This document shows positions 35,748-45,365 of a stretch of DNA of 64,000 nt, piece after piece. Location: the NCBI GenBank assembly GCA_965248355.1, contig OZ252098.1, positions 128,001 to 192,000 on the forward strand, in the 5' to 3' direction. The notes below the pieces were generated by a model. It made no database searches. It had not been told where the DNA came from and saw only the letters and a list, made by a program, of their open reading frames with translations. This DNA comes from Candidatus Latescibacterota bacterium (GTDB lineage Bacteria; Latescibacterota; UBA2968; UBA8231). The position numbers were made by a program, and so were the translations under genes. Position 1 is the stretch's first letter; every line of letters starts with the position of its first letter.

Positions 35748-38700
35748 ATGGTTGCGTTGATCACCCTGGTAGGCCTGACGGCGATGATCGCCGTCACCCG
35801 GTCGGTGCCCACGGCTCCGGAGATGCAGGCGACCTTCGCCGACGCGCAGAAGTTCTACGCCTCGGGAGCCTACGACCAGGCGATCGAGGGCTATCGGCAC
35901 ATCATCCGGAGCGAGAGCCGTTTCCTGCAGATGAGGGACGTGGAGGTGACCGTCGGCGAGATCACGGCGCCGCTGCAGGAGGTGGCCCGGTACCAGACGG
36001 GCAATGCGTACTTCAAGTCCGCCGAAGAGGCCCTCGCCAGTGCGGCCAGGAGCCGCGACCCGGCACGGCGCTCCCGCTACCAGGACCGTGCCAGGTCGCT
36101 CTTCGGCGAGGCGGCCGCCGCCTTCGTGGAGACCGAGGACCTGTCGACCGTTCCCGTCCTGAAGGCCCTGGCACGCAGCCGCGCGGTGGCTTGCTGGTAC
36201 GCGATCCAGGACTACGGCCGCACCATCGAGGGGGCCAGCCTGCTCATCGAGCGCTATCCCTCCAGCGCCTATGTCGAGCAAGCCATGTACGATGTGGGCT
36301 GGGCCTACTATGACATGGAGGACTATGTCAACAGCATAACGTCCTTCGAGCGTCTCGTTGAGCGCTTTCCCGGCGGCTACCGCGGCAGCCGGGCCCTGTT
36401 CCAGATCGGCGAAGCCCACTTCGCGCTGGAGAACTTCGAAGAAGCCATCCCCTTCTACCAGCGGCTGGTCGACTCTCAGCGCATCGAGGAGATGTCGGAA
36501 CGCGAGATCCTGCTGATGAAGCGGCAGAAGATCGCCGGCCTCGTGGATGAGACGGCTCTCGACCTGGCGGCCAAGGCCCTCATCCGCGTCGGGGAGTGCC
36601 ACGAGAAGACGGGGCAGTATGCGCAGGCCGAGGAGGCCTTCCAGCTGGTGGCCTCCCGCTTTGCCGACGAGCAGCGGCTGGCCGAAGAGGCGTACTTGCG
36701 CCAGGCGGACATGCACTACCGGCGGGGGGATTTCGCTGCCGTGGTCGCCGTGTACGACCAGGCCATCGAGGCGACCGACGATGCGGTGCAGAAGGCGCGC
36801 ATGCAGCTCCTGCTGGCCAACCGCTACTTCGAGACCGAGCACTACGAGGAGGCGGTGCGTGCGTACGAGGTGTACCGGGCCAGCTACGAGGCCGCGGCCA
36901 CCCAGGCCGGCCTCCCGGTGGAGGGCGTGGCGCTGCAGATCGCCCGGGCCTGGTTCCGGGTGGCGGAGAAGCATCCGGAAGAGGAGCGTCTGGACTACTA
37001 TCGCCGGGCGGAGAGCGAGTTGCGCGCCACGCTGGCGGCGTATCCGGGATCACCCTACGACGTGGAGTTGCGGTTCAACCTGGGGCTGGCCCTTCAGTTG
37101 CAGGACCAGCAGGACAAGATGGACGAGGCCCTGGCCTTCCTGCGCAGCGTGGCCGAAGCCCCCAACGCCGAGGGGTACCGCCAGAGCGCCCTCTTCCAGA
37201 TCGCCCGGATCCACCATGGCCGCGGCGCCCACGCCAGGGCGGCCGAGACCTATCGCACGGTGATCGAAGAGCTGGAGGACAAGCCGGAACAGGATGTGGC
37301 CCGCTTCGAGCTGGGGATCGCGGAGAAGGACGCGGGAAACCGGGAGCGGGCCCTGACGGAGCTCCTGGCGGTCCGAAGGGAAGCGGCGCTGTTCGCCAGA
37401 TCACGCCTGGAGGCCGGGCAGCTCCTGGTGCAGCACGGAGAGCACCGCCGGGCGGCGGCGGTGCTGCAGGACGGCCTGGAGGCGAAGGACCCGCCGGAGA
37501 GGCAGGCTCTCCACTACCTGCTGGCCTCCGCCTCCATGCAGCTGGGAGAGAACGAGAACGCCCTGACGCACTTCGCCGCCGTCATCGACCAGGGCGAGCC
37601 CGACCTGCGGGAACGGGCGGCCTACAGCCGCGGCTCCCTGCTCTTCCGCCTGAAGCGATACGGTGAGGCCGTCGAGGATCTGGCCTGGGACTGGAGCGCC
37701 CCGGCGCTGGCCACTTCGGCCCGGCGCCTCCTGGCGGCAGCCTACGCCAACCTCGGCCAGTTCGACCGCGCCCAGGACATCTACCGGCAGATGGCGCACG
37801 CGGCGACCGGCCCCCTCGAACGCGCGGAGCACCTGCTGGCGGAGGCGGAGATCGCCAACCGGCAGGGCCGCTACGCCGAGGCCTTCGCCGCCTGCGAGGA
37901 GATCATCGGGCTGGATTGGAAGGAGGACTCCCTCCCGGAGGAACGGCCGTACCACCTGCGCGAGAAGGCCTGGTTCCTGCAGGCGGAGTCTGCGGTGCGA
38001 ACAGAGGACTTCACGCGGGCCTTCGACCGGGCCGACGCGGGTCTGCGGGCCTTCCCGACGGGCTTCTACGCCGCCGACCTCCTGTTCCTGCGCGGCCTGG
38101 CGGCCCTCCAGACCGACCGGGCCGACCTGGCCGTCCCCAGCCTCGGCCGGATGATCTCCGAACACCCCGACCATCCCAACGCCGGGTACGCGCACTACTA
38201 CCTGGCCTACGCGCACTTCAACAAGGCCCGCTTCAGCAAGGCCGTCCCCTTCTTCCAAAGGGTGGTGGACCAGTACCCGGATCTGGATGTGGCCGCCGAT
38301 GCCCTCTTCCGTCTGGCCGAGTGCCGCTACAACTCGGGGGCTTACGCCGAGGCCAGAGAGACCTACCGGCGGGTGATCCGGCGCTTCCCCGACACCGGGC
38401 TGGCCGAGGACGCCCTCTACAACATCGCCTGGTGCCTGCTCAACGAGGCGCCTGCGGAACCTTCGGCGGAGCACCAGGCCGCGGTGCGACAGGCCATGGA
38501 GGAATACCTGACCCGCTATCCCGGGGGACGCCGCGTTCCCACGGCCAGGTATACCTTGGCCGAGATGAGCTACAACGCCGGCGACTACGACCAGGCCTAC
38601 GGGTTGTTCCAGGGACTCCAGGCCGACTTCCCGGAATCCGAGGCGGCCCGGGAAGCCGAGGGGGTGATTCTGGACCTGCAGGAGGCCGTCGCCTTTCGGG

Positions 38701-38999
38701 AGTACAGCGGCGCCATGGAGGCCTTCAACCGGGCCCTGGCGGAAGACGACCTCGACTTGGTCCGTGAGGCCATCGGGCCCCTCGAAGCCGTGTGGCGGCA
38801 GTACCCGATGACCTCCAGCGGCCTGGCGGCGAAGATGAACGTGGGGGTTGGCTATCAGCAGCTGAGGGAATGGCGGAAGGCCGTGGATGCCTTCAGCGAT
38901 GTCATCGCCCAGGGAGAACAGGGCAACGTCCAGGTGACGATCCGGATGATGGAGTTCTGTCAAGGGCGTCGTCACACCATCGAGAGGAAGCACCTGTGA
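35748..38999 (+). CDS. Large membrane-anchored or periplasmic tetratricopeptide-repeat protein
   Basis: N-terminal hydrophobic segment; many TPR_6/BamD-like repeats (A.Y..G.AY...A...F..LV.RFP, ALFRLAEC.Y..G.Y.EA...Y..VI.RFP); GAGG RBS. Confidence 0.88.
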   Translation: MVALITLVGLTAMIAVTRSVPTAPEMQATFADAQKFYASGAYDQAIEGYRHIIRSESRFLQMRDVEVTVGEITAPLQEVARYQTGNAYFKSAEEALASAARSRDPARRSRYQDRARSLFGEAAAAFVETEDLSTVPVLKALARSRAVACWYAIQDYGRTIEGASLLIERYPSSAYVEQAMYDVGWAYYDMEDYVNSITSFERLVERFPGGYRGSRALFQIGEAHFALENFEEAIPFYQRLVDSQRIEEMSEREILLMKRQKIAGLVDETALDLAAKALIRVGECHEKTGQYAQAEEAFQLVASRFADEQRLAEEAYLRQADMHYRRGDFAAVVAVYDQAIEATDDAVQKARMQLLLANRYFETEHYEEAVRAYEVYRASYEAAATQAGLPVEGVALQIARAWFRVAEKHPEEERLDYYRRAESELRATLAAYPGSPYDVELRFNLGLALQLQDQQDKMDEALAFLRSVAEAPNAEGYRQSALFQIARIHHGRGAHARAAETYRTVIEELEDKPEQDVARFELGIAEKDAGNRERALTELLAVRREAALFARSRLEAGQLLVQHGEHRRAAAVLQDGLEAKDPPERQALHYLLASASMQLGENENALTHFAAVIDQGEPDLRERAAYSRGSLLFRLKRYGEAVEDLAWDWSAPALATSARRLLAAAYANLGQFDRAQDIYRQMAHAATGPLERAEHLLAEAEIANRQGRYAEAFAACEEIIGLDWKEDSLPEERPYHLREKAWFLQAESAVRTEDFTRAFDRADAGLRAFPTGFYAADLLFLRGLAALQTDRADLAVPSLGRMISEHPDHPNAGYAHYYLAYAHFNKARFSKAVPFFQRVVDQYPDLDVAADALFRLAECRYNSGAYAEARETYRRVIRRFPDTGLAEDALYNIAWCLLNEAPAEPSAEHQAAVRQAMEEYLTRYPGGRRVPTARYTLAEMSYNAGDYDQAYGLFQGLQADFPESEAAREAEGVILDLQEAVAFREYSGAMEAFNRALAEDDLDLVREAIGPLEAVWRQYPMTSSGLAAKMNVGVGYQQLREWRKAVDAFSDVIAQGEQGNVQVTIRMMEFCQGRRHTIERKHL

Positions 39000-40228
39000 G
39001 CCCTCGGCAGAGCGGGTCCCTGACGGTCCTGTCGCGCAATCGGCGCCTCTTCCATGCCGGTCTGGCGGCCTCGGTGGCGCTCCACGCGCTGGCCCTCTCG
39101 CTCTACCTGTTGCCCCAGGTAGAGGAAGAGGAGGAGGTGGTGGCCCGCATCGAGTGGGACGAGGAGAAGACCCCCTTCTTCCTGCCAGAGCCGCAGCTGA
39201 CGCGCGAGTTCGCCTTCAGGAAGGAGGCCGTTCCCGAGGGCATCCCCGTCGTTCGCTCCAGCGGCGACCGCACGACAACCACGGTCAGGGGGCGGCGCAT
39301 GGTGGGCGGAGCGGGCATGCCGGTGGGCACGCGCATGTGGAGCAGGACGGGGGGAAGCGCGGAGTTCACGGTTGCCACGGGCACTGGCCTGGGCGACGCC
39401 GTGGTGGCCATGCCGCGGTTCGAGGCGGTCAGCATCGCCAGCATGAAGGAGCCCGAGAGACGGATCGACATGCAGGCGGAGTTCCTGGACCTGTCGGCCA
39501 TCAACACCGGCCGGTACAAGGGGATGGTGATCCAGGACCCAACGGACAAGACCAACGTCACCGGCTTCGTCTACCTGGCGCGCGCCTGGGGGACCATCCT
39601 CGAGCCGTCGCGGCCCCGGGCGCTGCTCCAGCTGGCCCGCTGGATCAACAACTGGACCCGGATCGAGGCCAAGGTGGACGAGCAGATGTACCTCGACTCC
39701 CAGGCCCTTTTCAAGGCGCCCTTCGTGTACATCACTACCGGGTCGGCCTTCGAGCTGACCAAGCACGAGGCGGCCAACCTGGGGAAGTACCTGCGCAACG
39801 GCGGCTTCGTGCTGGCGGACAACGACGCTCCGCGCCTGGAATACGGACCTGCCGAGGCCTCGATCAAGGCCATGTTCAAGCAGGCCCTGGGGCGGGATGC
39901 CCGCTTGGTACCGTTGCGAAACGACAACCCCATCTACCGCGTCTTCTTCGATTTCGACGGCGGCCCCCCCCTGGGCGGGGAGGTGCTCAACACGTCCAAC
40001 CAATACGCGGCTACCCGCCGACCTTCCTACTGGCTGGAGGGCATCTACCTCCGGGACCGGCTGGTGGCCGTCTACTCGGACAAGGGCTACGGAGCGCTCT
40101 GGGAACGGGAGACGGAGAATGAGCCCCAGCTGAAGCTCGGCGTCAACCTGGTGGTCTTCGCCCTCACCCAGAAGGGCTCCATCGCGCAGCAGCAGATCGA
40201 CTTCTACAACCAGGCCGGCCGCCAATGA
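38996..40228 (+). CDS. DUF4159-domain protein with a TonB/TolA-like N-terminal TM anchor
   Basis: GTGA overlap; TM AGLAASVALHALALSL (SxxxH); C-terminal PFVYITT..F.L...EAANLGKYLRNGGFVLAD..LEGI..KLGVNLVVFALT. Confidence 0.8.
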   Translation: MSPRQSGSLTVLSRNRRLFHAGLAASVALHALALSLYLLPQVEEEEEVVARIEWDEEKTPFFLPEPQLTREFAFRKEAVPEGIPVVRSSGDRTTTTVRGRRMVGGAGMPVGTRMWSRTGGSAEFTVATGTGLGDAVVAMPRFEAVSIASMKEPERRIDMQAEFLDLSAINTGRYKGMVIQDPTDKTNVTGFVYLARAWGTILEPSRPRALLQLARWINNWTRIEAKVDEQMYLDSQALFKAPFVYITTGSAFELTKHEAANLGKYLRNGGFVLADNDAPRLEYGPAEASIKAMFKQALGRDARLVPLRNDNPIYRVFFDFDGGPPLGGEVLNTSNQYAATRRPSYWLEGIYLRDRLVAVYSDKGYGALWERETENEPQLKLGVNLVVFALTQKGSIAQQQIDFYNQAGRQ

Positions 40229-40262
40229 CCCGGCCTCCTCGAAGGGGGGTGCTCCAACGACC

Positions 40263-41510
40263 ATGAGACACTTCTGCCGAAGCCTCCCGGCGCCACTTCT
40301 GGCCGTCCTCGTGCCGGCCCTTCTCAGTTGCAGCGTCATCTACCCGCCGATCTATCAGCGTACCTCCTCGCTCACTCCACGTGGGGACCAGGGAGACAGC
40401 TACTCGGTCGGAGAGGGGAGCACCGTCTCCTATGGGCTGGAGGGCCTGCGGATCGACGTCGAGCACATGACCGACAAGGAGTTGAACGACCTCTTCCCGG
40501 CCGAGTCCGGCCTGGGCGAGTACTCGACGAATCCCTACACCCATGGCGACTACATCGACCCGGCCGTCGGCTACGTGCGCAACCGGTTCACCGTCTTCCG
40601 GGTCACCGTGCACAACTACTCCTTCGCCAAGGTCGAGCTGCAGCCGCTGCGATCGTTCCTGACCACCGACCGGCCCGGAGAGCTCCTCGAGCCGTACGGT
40701 GTCCTGGCCGGTTCGTCGCCGAGGAACTTCGAGTCCTACTACCGGAGTCTGAGGGGACCCAGCGGCAACGAGTACTACCGATTCAACATGCGCATGGGTC
40801 TCGTGCGGACCAACAACTACGGCGTAGGGGAGCGGATCTTCCGGGGCGAGGAATACGGGGGATTCGTCGTCTTCGATCCACTGGACTCCGAGGTCGAGCG
40901 GGTCCGGTTCAACCTGAGGGACTTCGTCCTCAAGTTCAACACCTTCGGCAAGCCGCTGGAGACGATCGACATCGGTTTCGACTTCGACCGTCAGATCGAG
41001 GTGGCGGCCTACCAGGAGCAGCGGAGGGTCGCCTCCAGGGAGGTGTCGCGCGCCGACCTGAGGCCGGGCACCCGGGTGATCGGGAACGTCACGGGGGACA
41101 TCACGCGGGACGTGACCGCCGTCGAGGCCCACATCAAGTCCCGCCTGGACGAACTCAACCAGTGCTTTGCGCGGGAGTCCATTGCCGGCCGGGCCTCCGA
41201 AGGGGAGGTCTCGGTCAGGTTCGTCATCCTGCCTCCCGGGGGGGTCGAGGAGGCGAAGGTGCTCTCCTCGACGGTGGTCAGCGGGGCCGTGGGCGAGTGC
41301 ATCGCGGCCCGGATCGGCGGTTGGCGCTTCCGCCCCTCGGGCGGCCCCATGAGGGGAGAGGGCGCTGCGGCAGACACGGCGGAGGCGGGCCAGCCCGGTG
41401 GCCGGCCGGCGCCGGGTCTGGTCTCGCAGGTCATGCAGGGGCTGTCCGCGCGAGTGACGGTGGACTGCACCCTCGAATTCATCGACACACGCTCCGAGAC
41501 CGCGTTCTGA
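40263..41510 (+). CDS. Lipoprotein with an AgmX/PglI-like (TonB-C-related) C-terminal domain
   Basis: Lipobox PALLSC; C-terminal I..RLDELNQCF....EGEVSVRFVI...G.VE...V..ST...VGECIAARI..WRFRP. Confidence 0.72.
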   Translation: MRHFCRSLPAPLLAVLVPALLSCSVIYPPIYQRTSSLTPRGDQGDSYSVGEGSTVSYGLEGLRIDVEHMTDKELNDLFPAESGLGEYSTNPYTHGDYIDPAVGYVRNRFTVFRVTVHNYSFAKVELQPLRSFLTTDRPGELLEPYGVLAGSSPRNFESYYRSLRGPSGNEYYRFNMRMGLVRTNNYGVGERIFRGEEYGGFVVFDPLDSEVERVRFNLRDFVLKFNTFGKPLETIDIGFDFDRQIEVAAYQEQRRVASREVSRADLRPGTRVIGNVTGDITRDVTAVEAHIKSRLDELNQCFARESIAGRASEGEVSVRFVILPPGGVEEAKVLSSTVVSGAVGECIAARIGGWRFRPSGGPMRGEGAAADTAEAGQPGGRPAPGLVSQVMQGLSARVTVDCTLEFIDTRSETAF

Positions 41511-41512
41511 CC

Positions 41513-42355
41513 ATGCCTTCGGTGGCAAGCAGGATGGGAATGCTGGTCTTGGGGACCCTCGGACTGGGCTGCGGCGCGCAAGAGGGGGGCGTGGGGGACG
41601 CGGGCGGCCGCCCCCTTCTGGTGGCGGAGCTGCCGGGCGGCGTGGAGATGGAGTTCGTGCGGATCGACTCCGGCGCTTTCCTCAGGGGCTCCCCCGTTAC
41701 GGAGCCGGGGAGGGACGCGGACGAGAGCCCTCTCAGGGAAGTGAGGATTTCCGGACCCTTCCATCTGGGGCGCACCGAGATCACCCAGGCCCAGTGGGAG
41801 GCCGTCATGGGCAGCCGGCCGTGGGCAGGCCTGGACTTCGTGCAGGAGGGGCCGGAGTACCCGGCCGTGAACGTCTCCTGGCACGAGGTGCAGGGGTTCG
41901 CGGCCAGGATGAACACCTTGGCCGGTGCGGACCTCTACCGTCTCCCTACCGAGGCGGAGTGGGAGTACGCCTGCCGGGCCGGGACCACGACACGCTGGTC
42001 CTTCGGCGACGACCCGTCGATGCTGGGCGACTACGCCTGGCACACGGGCAACACCTGGGACGCGGGAGAGCGCTACGCCCACGCTGTGGCTACCCGGAGT
42101 CCCAATCCGTGGGGGCTCCACGACATGCATGGAAATGTGAGCGAGTGGGCACAGGACTGGTACGTCGCCGACTACTATGGCCATGCCTCTCCCACGGATC
42201 CCCAGGGCCCGGTCACCGGTGAGCAGCGGGTCTATCGTGGCGGGTACTTCCACCACAACGGGGTTCGGCGTCTGCGTTCGGCCAACCGCTTCTTTGCGTG
42301 GCCGCAGGCTCGTGCCGCCTCTGTCGGGGCCCGCCTGTTCCGGAGCAGTCCCTGA
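41513..42355 (+). CDS. FGE-sulfatase (SUMF1/PvdO/GldK-like) domain lipoprotein
   Basis: LGLGC lipobox; F.RGSP..E..R..DE, TEITQAQW, PAVNVSW, YRLPTEAEWEYACRAG, PNPWGLHDMHGNVSEW, RVYRGG, GARL. Confidence 0.9.
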   Translation: MPSVASRMGMLVLGTLGLGCGAQEGGVGDAGGRPLLVAELPGGVEMEFVRIDSGAFLRGSPVTEPGRDADESPLREVRISGPFHLGRTEITQAQWEAVMGSRPWAGLDFVQEGPEYPAVNVSWHEVQGFAARMNTLAGADLYRLPTEAEWEYACRAGTTTRWSFGDDPSMLGDYAWHTGNTWDAGERYAHAVATRSPNPWGLHDMHGNVSEWAQDWYVADYYGHASPTDPQGPVTGEQRVYRGGYFHHNGVRRLRSANRFFAWPQARAASVGARLFRSSP

Positions 42356-42362
42356 TTCCGCC

Positions 42363-45300
42363 ATGGCGTCGCAGATGCGGTCGTGGACGTCGAAGCTGGC
42401 GGCCGTCGCTCTGGGCTTCGGCATCCTGGCGGCTGCAGAGGCAGGGCTGCGGCTCACGAACGCCGGAGGGCCGCCGTCGTTCCTGGTGACCTTGTCCGAG
42501 CACGGGGGGCAGCGGTTGCGCAGCGTCAACCCGTCGTACCCGAAGCGATACTTCCTCGATCGCCACCAGGGCCAACTCATCGCCAGGGGGCGCATGGATG
42601 CCCACCCCTTCCTTGAACCCGCGTCCCCCGGCTGCTTCCGGGTCGCCTTCGTGGGCGCTTCCACGGTAAGGGGCTTTCCCCATCCCCGCTCCCTGTCGGC
42701 CGCCGCTTTCGTGGAAGCCATGCTGGCGGACGCCTGGCCCGGACGAGATGTGCAAGTCTTCAATCTGGGCATCCCTGCCCTGGCCAGCTTCGCGGTGGCC
42801 CAGGTGCTGGAGGACGCCATGGGGCTGGAGCCCGACCTGGTGGTGGTCTACGCGGGGCACAACGAGTACTACGGCATCGACGGCGCGGTCGACCAGTGGG
42901 GTCCCCTGCGCAATCGCCTCCGCCACGCCCTGGTGGAGGGCCGCATCCCCTGGATGATGTACGCTCTGCGTGATCGCGTCCTCGGCACGGAGGTCACCGG
43001 TGCCGACCTGATCCAGGTGCTGGGTGAGCGCGGCTCGCTATCGCCTGGAGACCATCGCCGGCAGTCGGCTCCGGCCTACCTTGGTGACAATCTCTCCCGC
43101 ATGGCCGGGATCTGCCGGAGTGCACAGGTTCCCGTGATCCTGTGCACCCTGGCTGCCAACGATGCCGGCTTCGCCCCCGCCGGCTCCGAGAGCCCGGGGC
43201 TGCCCGCCGAGGAGCTCTCCCTCTGGCAGGGAGGGCTCGTATTGGCCGCCGAGGCGCTGCTCCAGGATGCGGTCAGCCCCGAGGCGGCCGCCGAGGCCCT
43301 GGCCCGGATCGAGGGCGCCGAAGCCCTGGAGGTCCGCAGCGCGTGGCTGCAGTACCTGAAAGGGCGGGCCCTTCTGGAGCTCGGCGACGCAGGCAAGGCG
43401 CGCTCCGCCTTCGCCATGGCCCGCGAGTTGGACACCATGCCCTGGCGCGCCCCCGAAAGCCACAACCGGGCCATTCGCGCGGCGGCCGGGGAGAGCGGCG
43501 CGGTGCTGGCCGATGTGGCCCACGCCTTCGCGGAGGTTGCGCCGCCGGAGGGCGTGGGCTGGGGACTGATGGTCGACCACGTACATCCCTCCATCGCCGG
43601 GCAGCTCCTGATGGCCCGCACCATCGCGGCCGCCATATCCCAGGTCCCGGCTGCCACCGTGCCCCCCGTGGACGCCCGACGTCTCCGGGGGGATGAGGAG
43701 TACCGGCGGCTCCTGGGCGACGTTCCGGTGCTGCGGTGGCAGGTGGACCACAACATGGCCGAGCTCCTGGCGAGCCCTCCCCTGGACCGCTACAACGCCC
43801 ATAACGCCATCCGTTTCCAGCGTTTGGCCGCACAGGGCTGGCGGCAGCTGACCAGGGCAGAGCAGCAGGGGGTCATCGGGCCCACGCGGCATCCGGTAGA
43901 CGTTCCGCTGGTCCTGAAGGTGGCGGACCGGCTCTTCGCCGCCGAGGACATGTCCCGGGCCCGGATCTACTACGCCGCATCCCGGCGCCAGGCCCCCTTT
44001 GCGGCAGTGGGAGACCTGTGGGCGGCCGCGCGGTGGGCTCAAGCCATACGGCGGTCGGGGCGCGACCTGACGCCGGTGGAGCAGGCGCGCCTGGAGGAGT
44101 GCCTGGCGCGTCTGCCCTTTGTCGTTCCGGCGCCGGAGCTCGACTCGTCTTTCATGGCAAGGGTCGAGAGGCAGCTGAAGGACCTGTTGGGACGCCCCCA
44201 ACAGGCGCCGCAAGGGCTTGGGTACCAGCCCGCCGTGGGCGACCGTGTTTCCCTACGGTCGCCACAGAGTCGCGGCGAGGTAGCGCTCGCTCTCGGGCCG
44301 GTCGCAGAAATAGTAGACCGTCACCACGGTGCCGTCCGGCCGCTGCACGGTACGGGGGTAGCCGATATCGTGGCATCCGGCGCGGTCGCGCAGCACGATG
44401 GGCTCTCCCCACGTGGTCCCTTCGTCCTCGCTCAACCGGGCGTGAATCTGGTGGGGTGCATCGCGGTATCCGCAGATCAGGCACAGGCGGCCGTCGTGGA
44501 GCCGGTTGAGGGTGGGGGGATTGCCTCCTGTTCCCGTGTTCTCCACGGGGCGGTTCATCAGGGCCCAGGTGAGTCCCTCGTCATTGGAAGCGTAGAGGTC
44601 GATCCAGTTGCGGTCCGGGCCCGCATCCTCGGGGCCGCGGCAGCGCACGGCGACCAGCAGGCGAGATGGCGAGATCCGCAGACTTGCGGGCATGATGCTG
44701 AAGCCCTCGGGCTCGCGGCCGATCCACGCCCGCAGAGGAAAGGTGCGCCCGCCGTCGTCGGTGCGCGCACAGAACACGCGTCCCTCCCTTCCGTCGGCCT
44801 TGGTGGCCGTCAGGAAGAGGGTGCAGGTGAGCCCATTGTCGACGAGGTAGTCCGTGCGTGCTTCCACGCCCGTGGGGCTGTACATGGGGAGACGGAAGGG
44901 TCCCTGCCACGAGGCACACCGATCGGTGGAGGTGTAGAAGAACGAGACGGTGCCTGCGTCCAGTCCCGTCTTGGCGCACATGAGGGCGAAGTCGGGATGG
45001 GAGAAGTCGATGCCGCCGGGAGACTCGGCCAGCAGGTTCTGTGCGCCGAGGGCTTCGCCCACGCGCAGGCCTGCGGTCATATGCTCGTCGGCGGACAGGC
45101 CGCGGCCTCCGGGCGTTCGGCACGGGGTCGGCTCCGCGGTCCACGTGACGCCGCCGTCGCGGCTGCGGGCCTGCATGCTGACGAAGGGCCGCGAGCGATC
45201 CCGCGCGTGAAAGCCGCCATCGGTGTCGTGGTAGCCGAGGGTGAAGCCGACGACGATCTCGTCGCCCCACGACCAGATGCCGTAGTTGGCGGGCCAGCCG

Positions 45301-45365
45301 GCGTAGCGCCCGGGCTCGCGGTAGATGACGACGTGCTTCATTTGCGCCAAGCCAGATGCTCGTGA
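42363..45365 (+). CDS. Membrane-anchored SGNH/GDSL-like protein with TPR-like inserts; ORF runs on antisense across the next gene
   Basis: TM with AAAEAGLRL; RVAFVGASTVRGFP, VFNLGI, PDLVVVYAGHNEYYG, MVDHVHP. Recognisable sequence ends ~44250; the remaining ~370 codons are antisense to 44253..45341. Confidence 0.7.
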   Translation: MASQMRSWTSKLAAVALGFGILAAAEAGLRLTNAGGPPSFLVTLSEHGGQRLRSVNPSYPKRYFLDRHQGQLIARGRMDAHPFLEPASPGCFRVAFVGASTVRGFPHPRSLSAAAFVEAMLADAWPGRDVQVFNLGIPALASFAVAQVLEDAMGLEPDLVVVYAGHNEYYGIDGAVDQWGPLRNRLRHALVEGRIPWMMYALRDRVLGTEVTGADLIQVLGERGSLSPGDHRRQSAPAYLGDNLSRMAGICRSAQVPVILCTLAANDAGFAPAGSESPGLPAEELSLWQGGLVLAAEALLQDAVSPEAAAEALARIEGAEALEVRSAWLQYLKGRALLELGDAGKARSAFAMARELDTMPWRAPESHNRAIRAAAGESGAVLADVAHAFAEVAPPEGVGWGLMVDHVHPSIAGQLLMARTIAAAISQVPAATVPPVDARRLRGDEEYRRLLGDVPVLRWQVDHNMAELLASPPLDRYNAHNAIRFQRLAAQGWRQLTRAEQQGVIGPTRHPVDVPLVLKVADRLFAAEDMSRARIYYAASRRQAPFAAVGDLWAAARWAQAIRRSGRDLTPVEQARLEECLARLPFVVPAPELDSSFMARVERQLKDLLGRPQQAPQGLGYQPAVGDRVSLRSPQSRGEVALALGPVAEIVDRHHGAVRPLHGTGVADIVASGAVAQHDGLSPRGPFVLAQPGVNLVGCIAVSADQAQAAVVEPVEGGGIASCSRVLHGAVHQGPGESLVIGSVEVDPVAVRARILGAAAAHGDQQARWRDPQTCGHDAEALGLAADPRPQRKGAPAVVGARTEHASLPSVGLGGRQEEGAGEPIVDEVVRACFHARGAVHGETEGSLPRGTPIGGGVEERDGACVQSRLGAHEGEVGMGEVDAAGRLGQQVLCAEGFAHAQACGHMLVGGQAAASGRSARGRLRGPRDAAVAAAGLHADEGPRAIPRVKAAIGVVVAEGEADDDLVAPRPDAVVGGPAGVAPGLAVDDDVLHLRQARCS
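44253..45341 (-). CDS. BNR/Asp-box sialidase-like protein
   Basis: MKHVVIYREPGRYAGWPANYG start; Asp boxes SRDGGVTW, STDRCASW, TDDGGRTF, SNDEGLTW, SEDEGTTW; DIGYP. Confidence 0.88.
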   Translation of the reverse strand: MKHVVIYREPGRYAGWPANYGIWSWGDEIVVGFTLGYHDTDGGFHARDRSRPFVSMQARSRDGGVTWTAEPTPCRTPGGRGLSADEHMTAGLRVGEALGAQNLLAESPGGIDFSHPDFALMCAKTGLDAGTVSFFYTSTDRCASWQGPFRLPMYSPTGVEARTDYLVDNGLTCTLFLTATKADGREGRVFCARTDDGGRTFPLRAWIGREPEGFSIMPASLRISPSRLLVAVRCRGPEDAGPDRNWIDLYASNDEGLTWALMNRPVENTGTGGNPPTLNRLHDGRLCLICGYRDAPHQIHARLSEDEGTTWGEPIVLRDRAGCHDIGYPRTVQRPDGTVVTVYYFCDRPESERYLAATLWRP

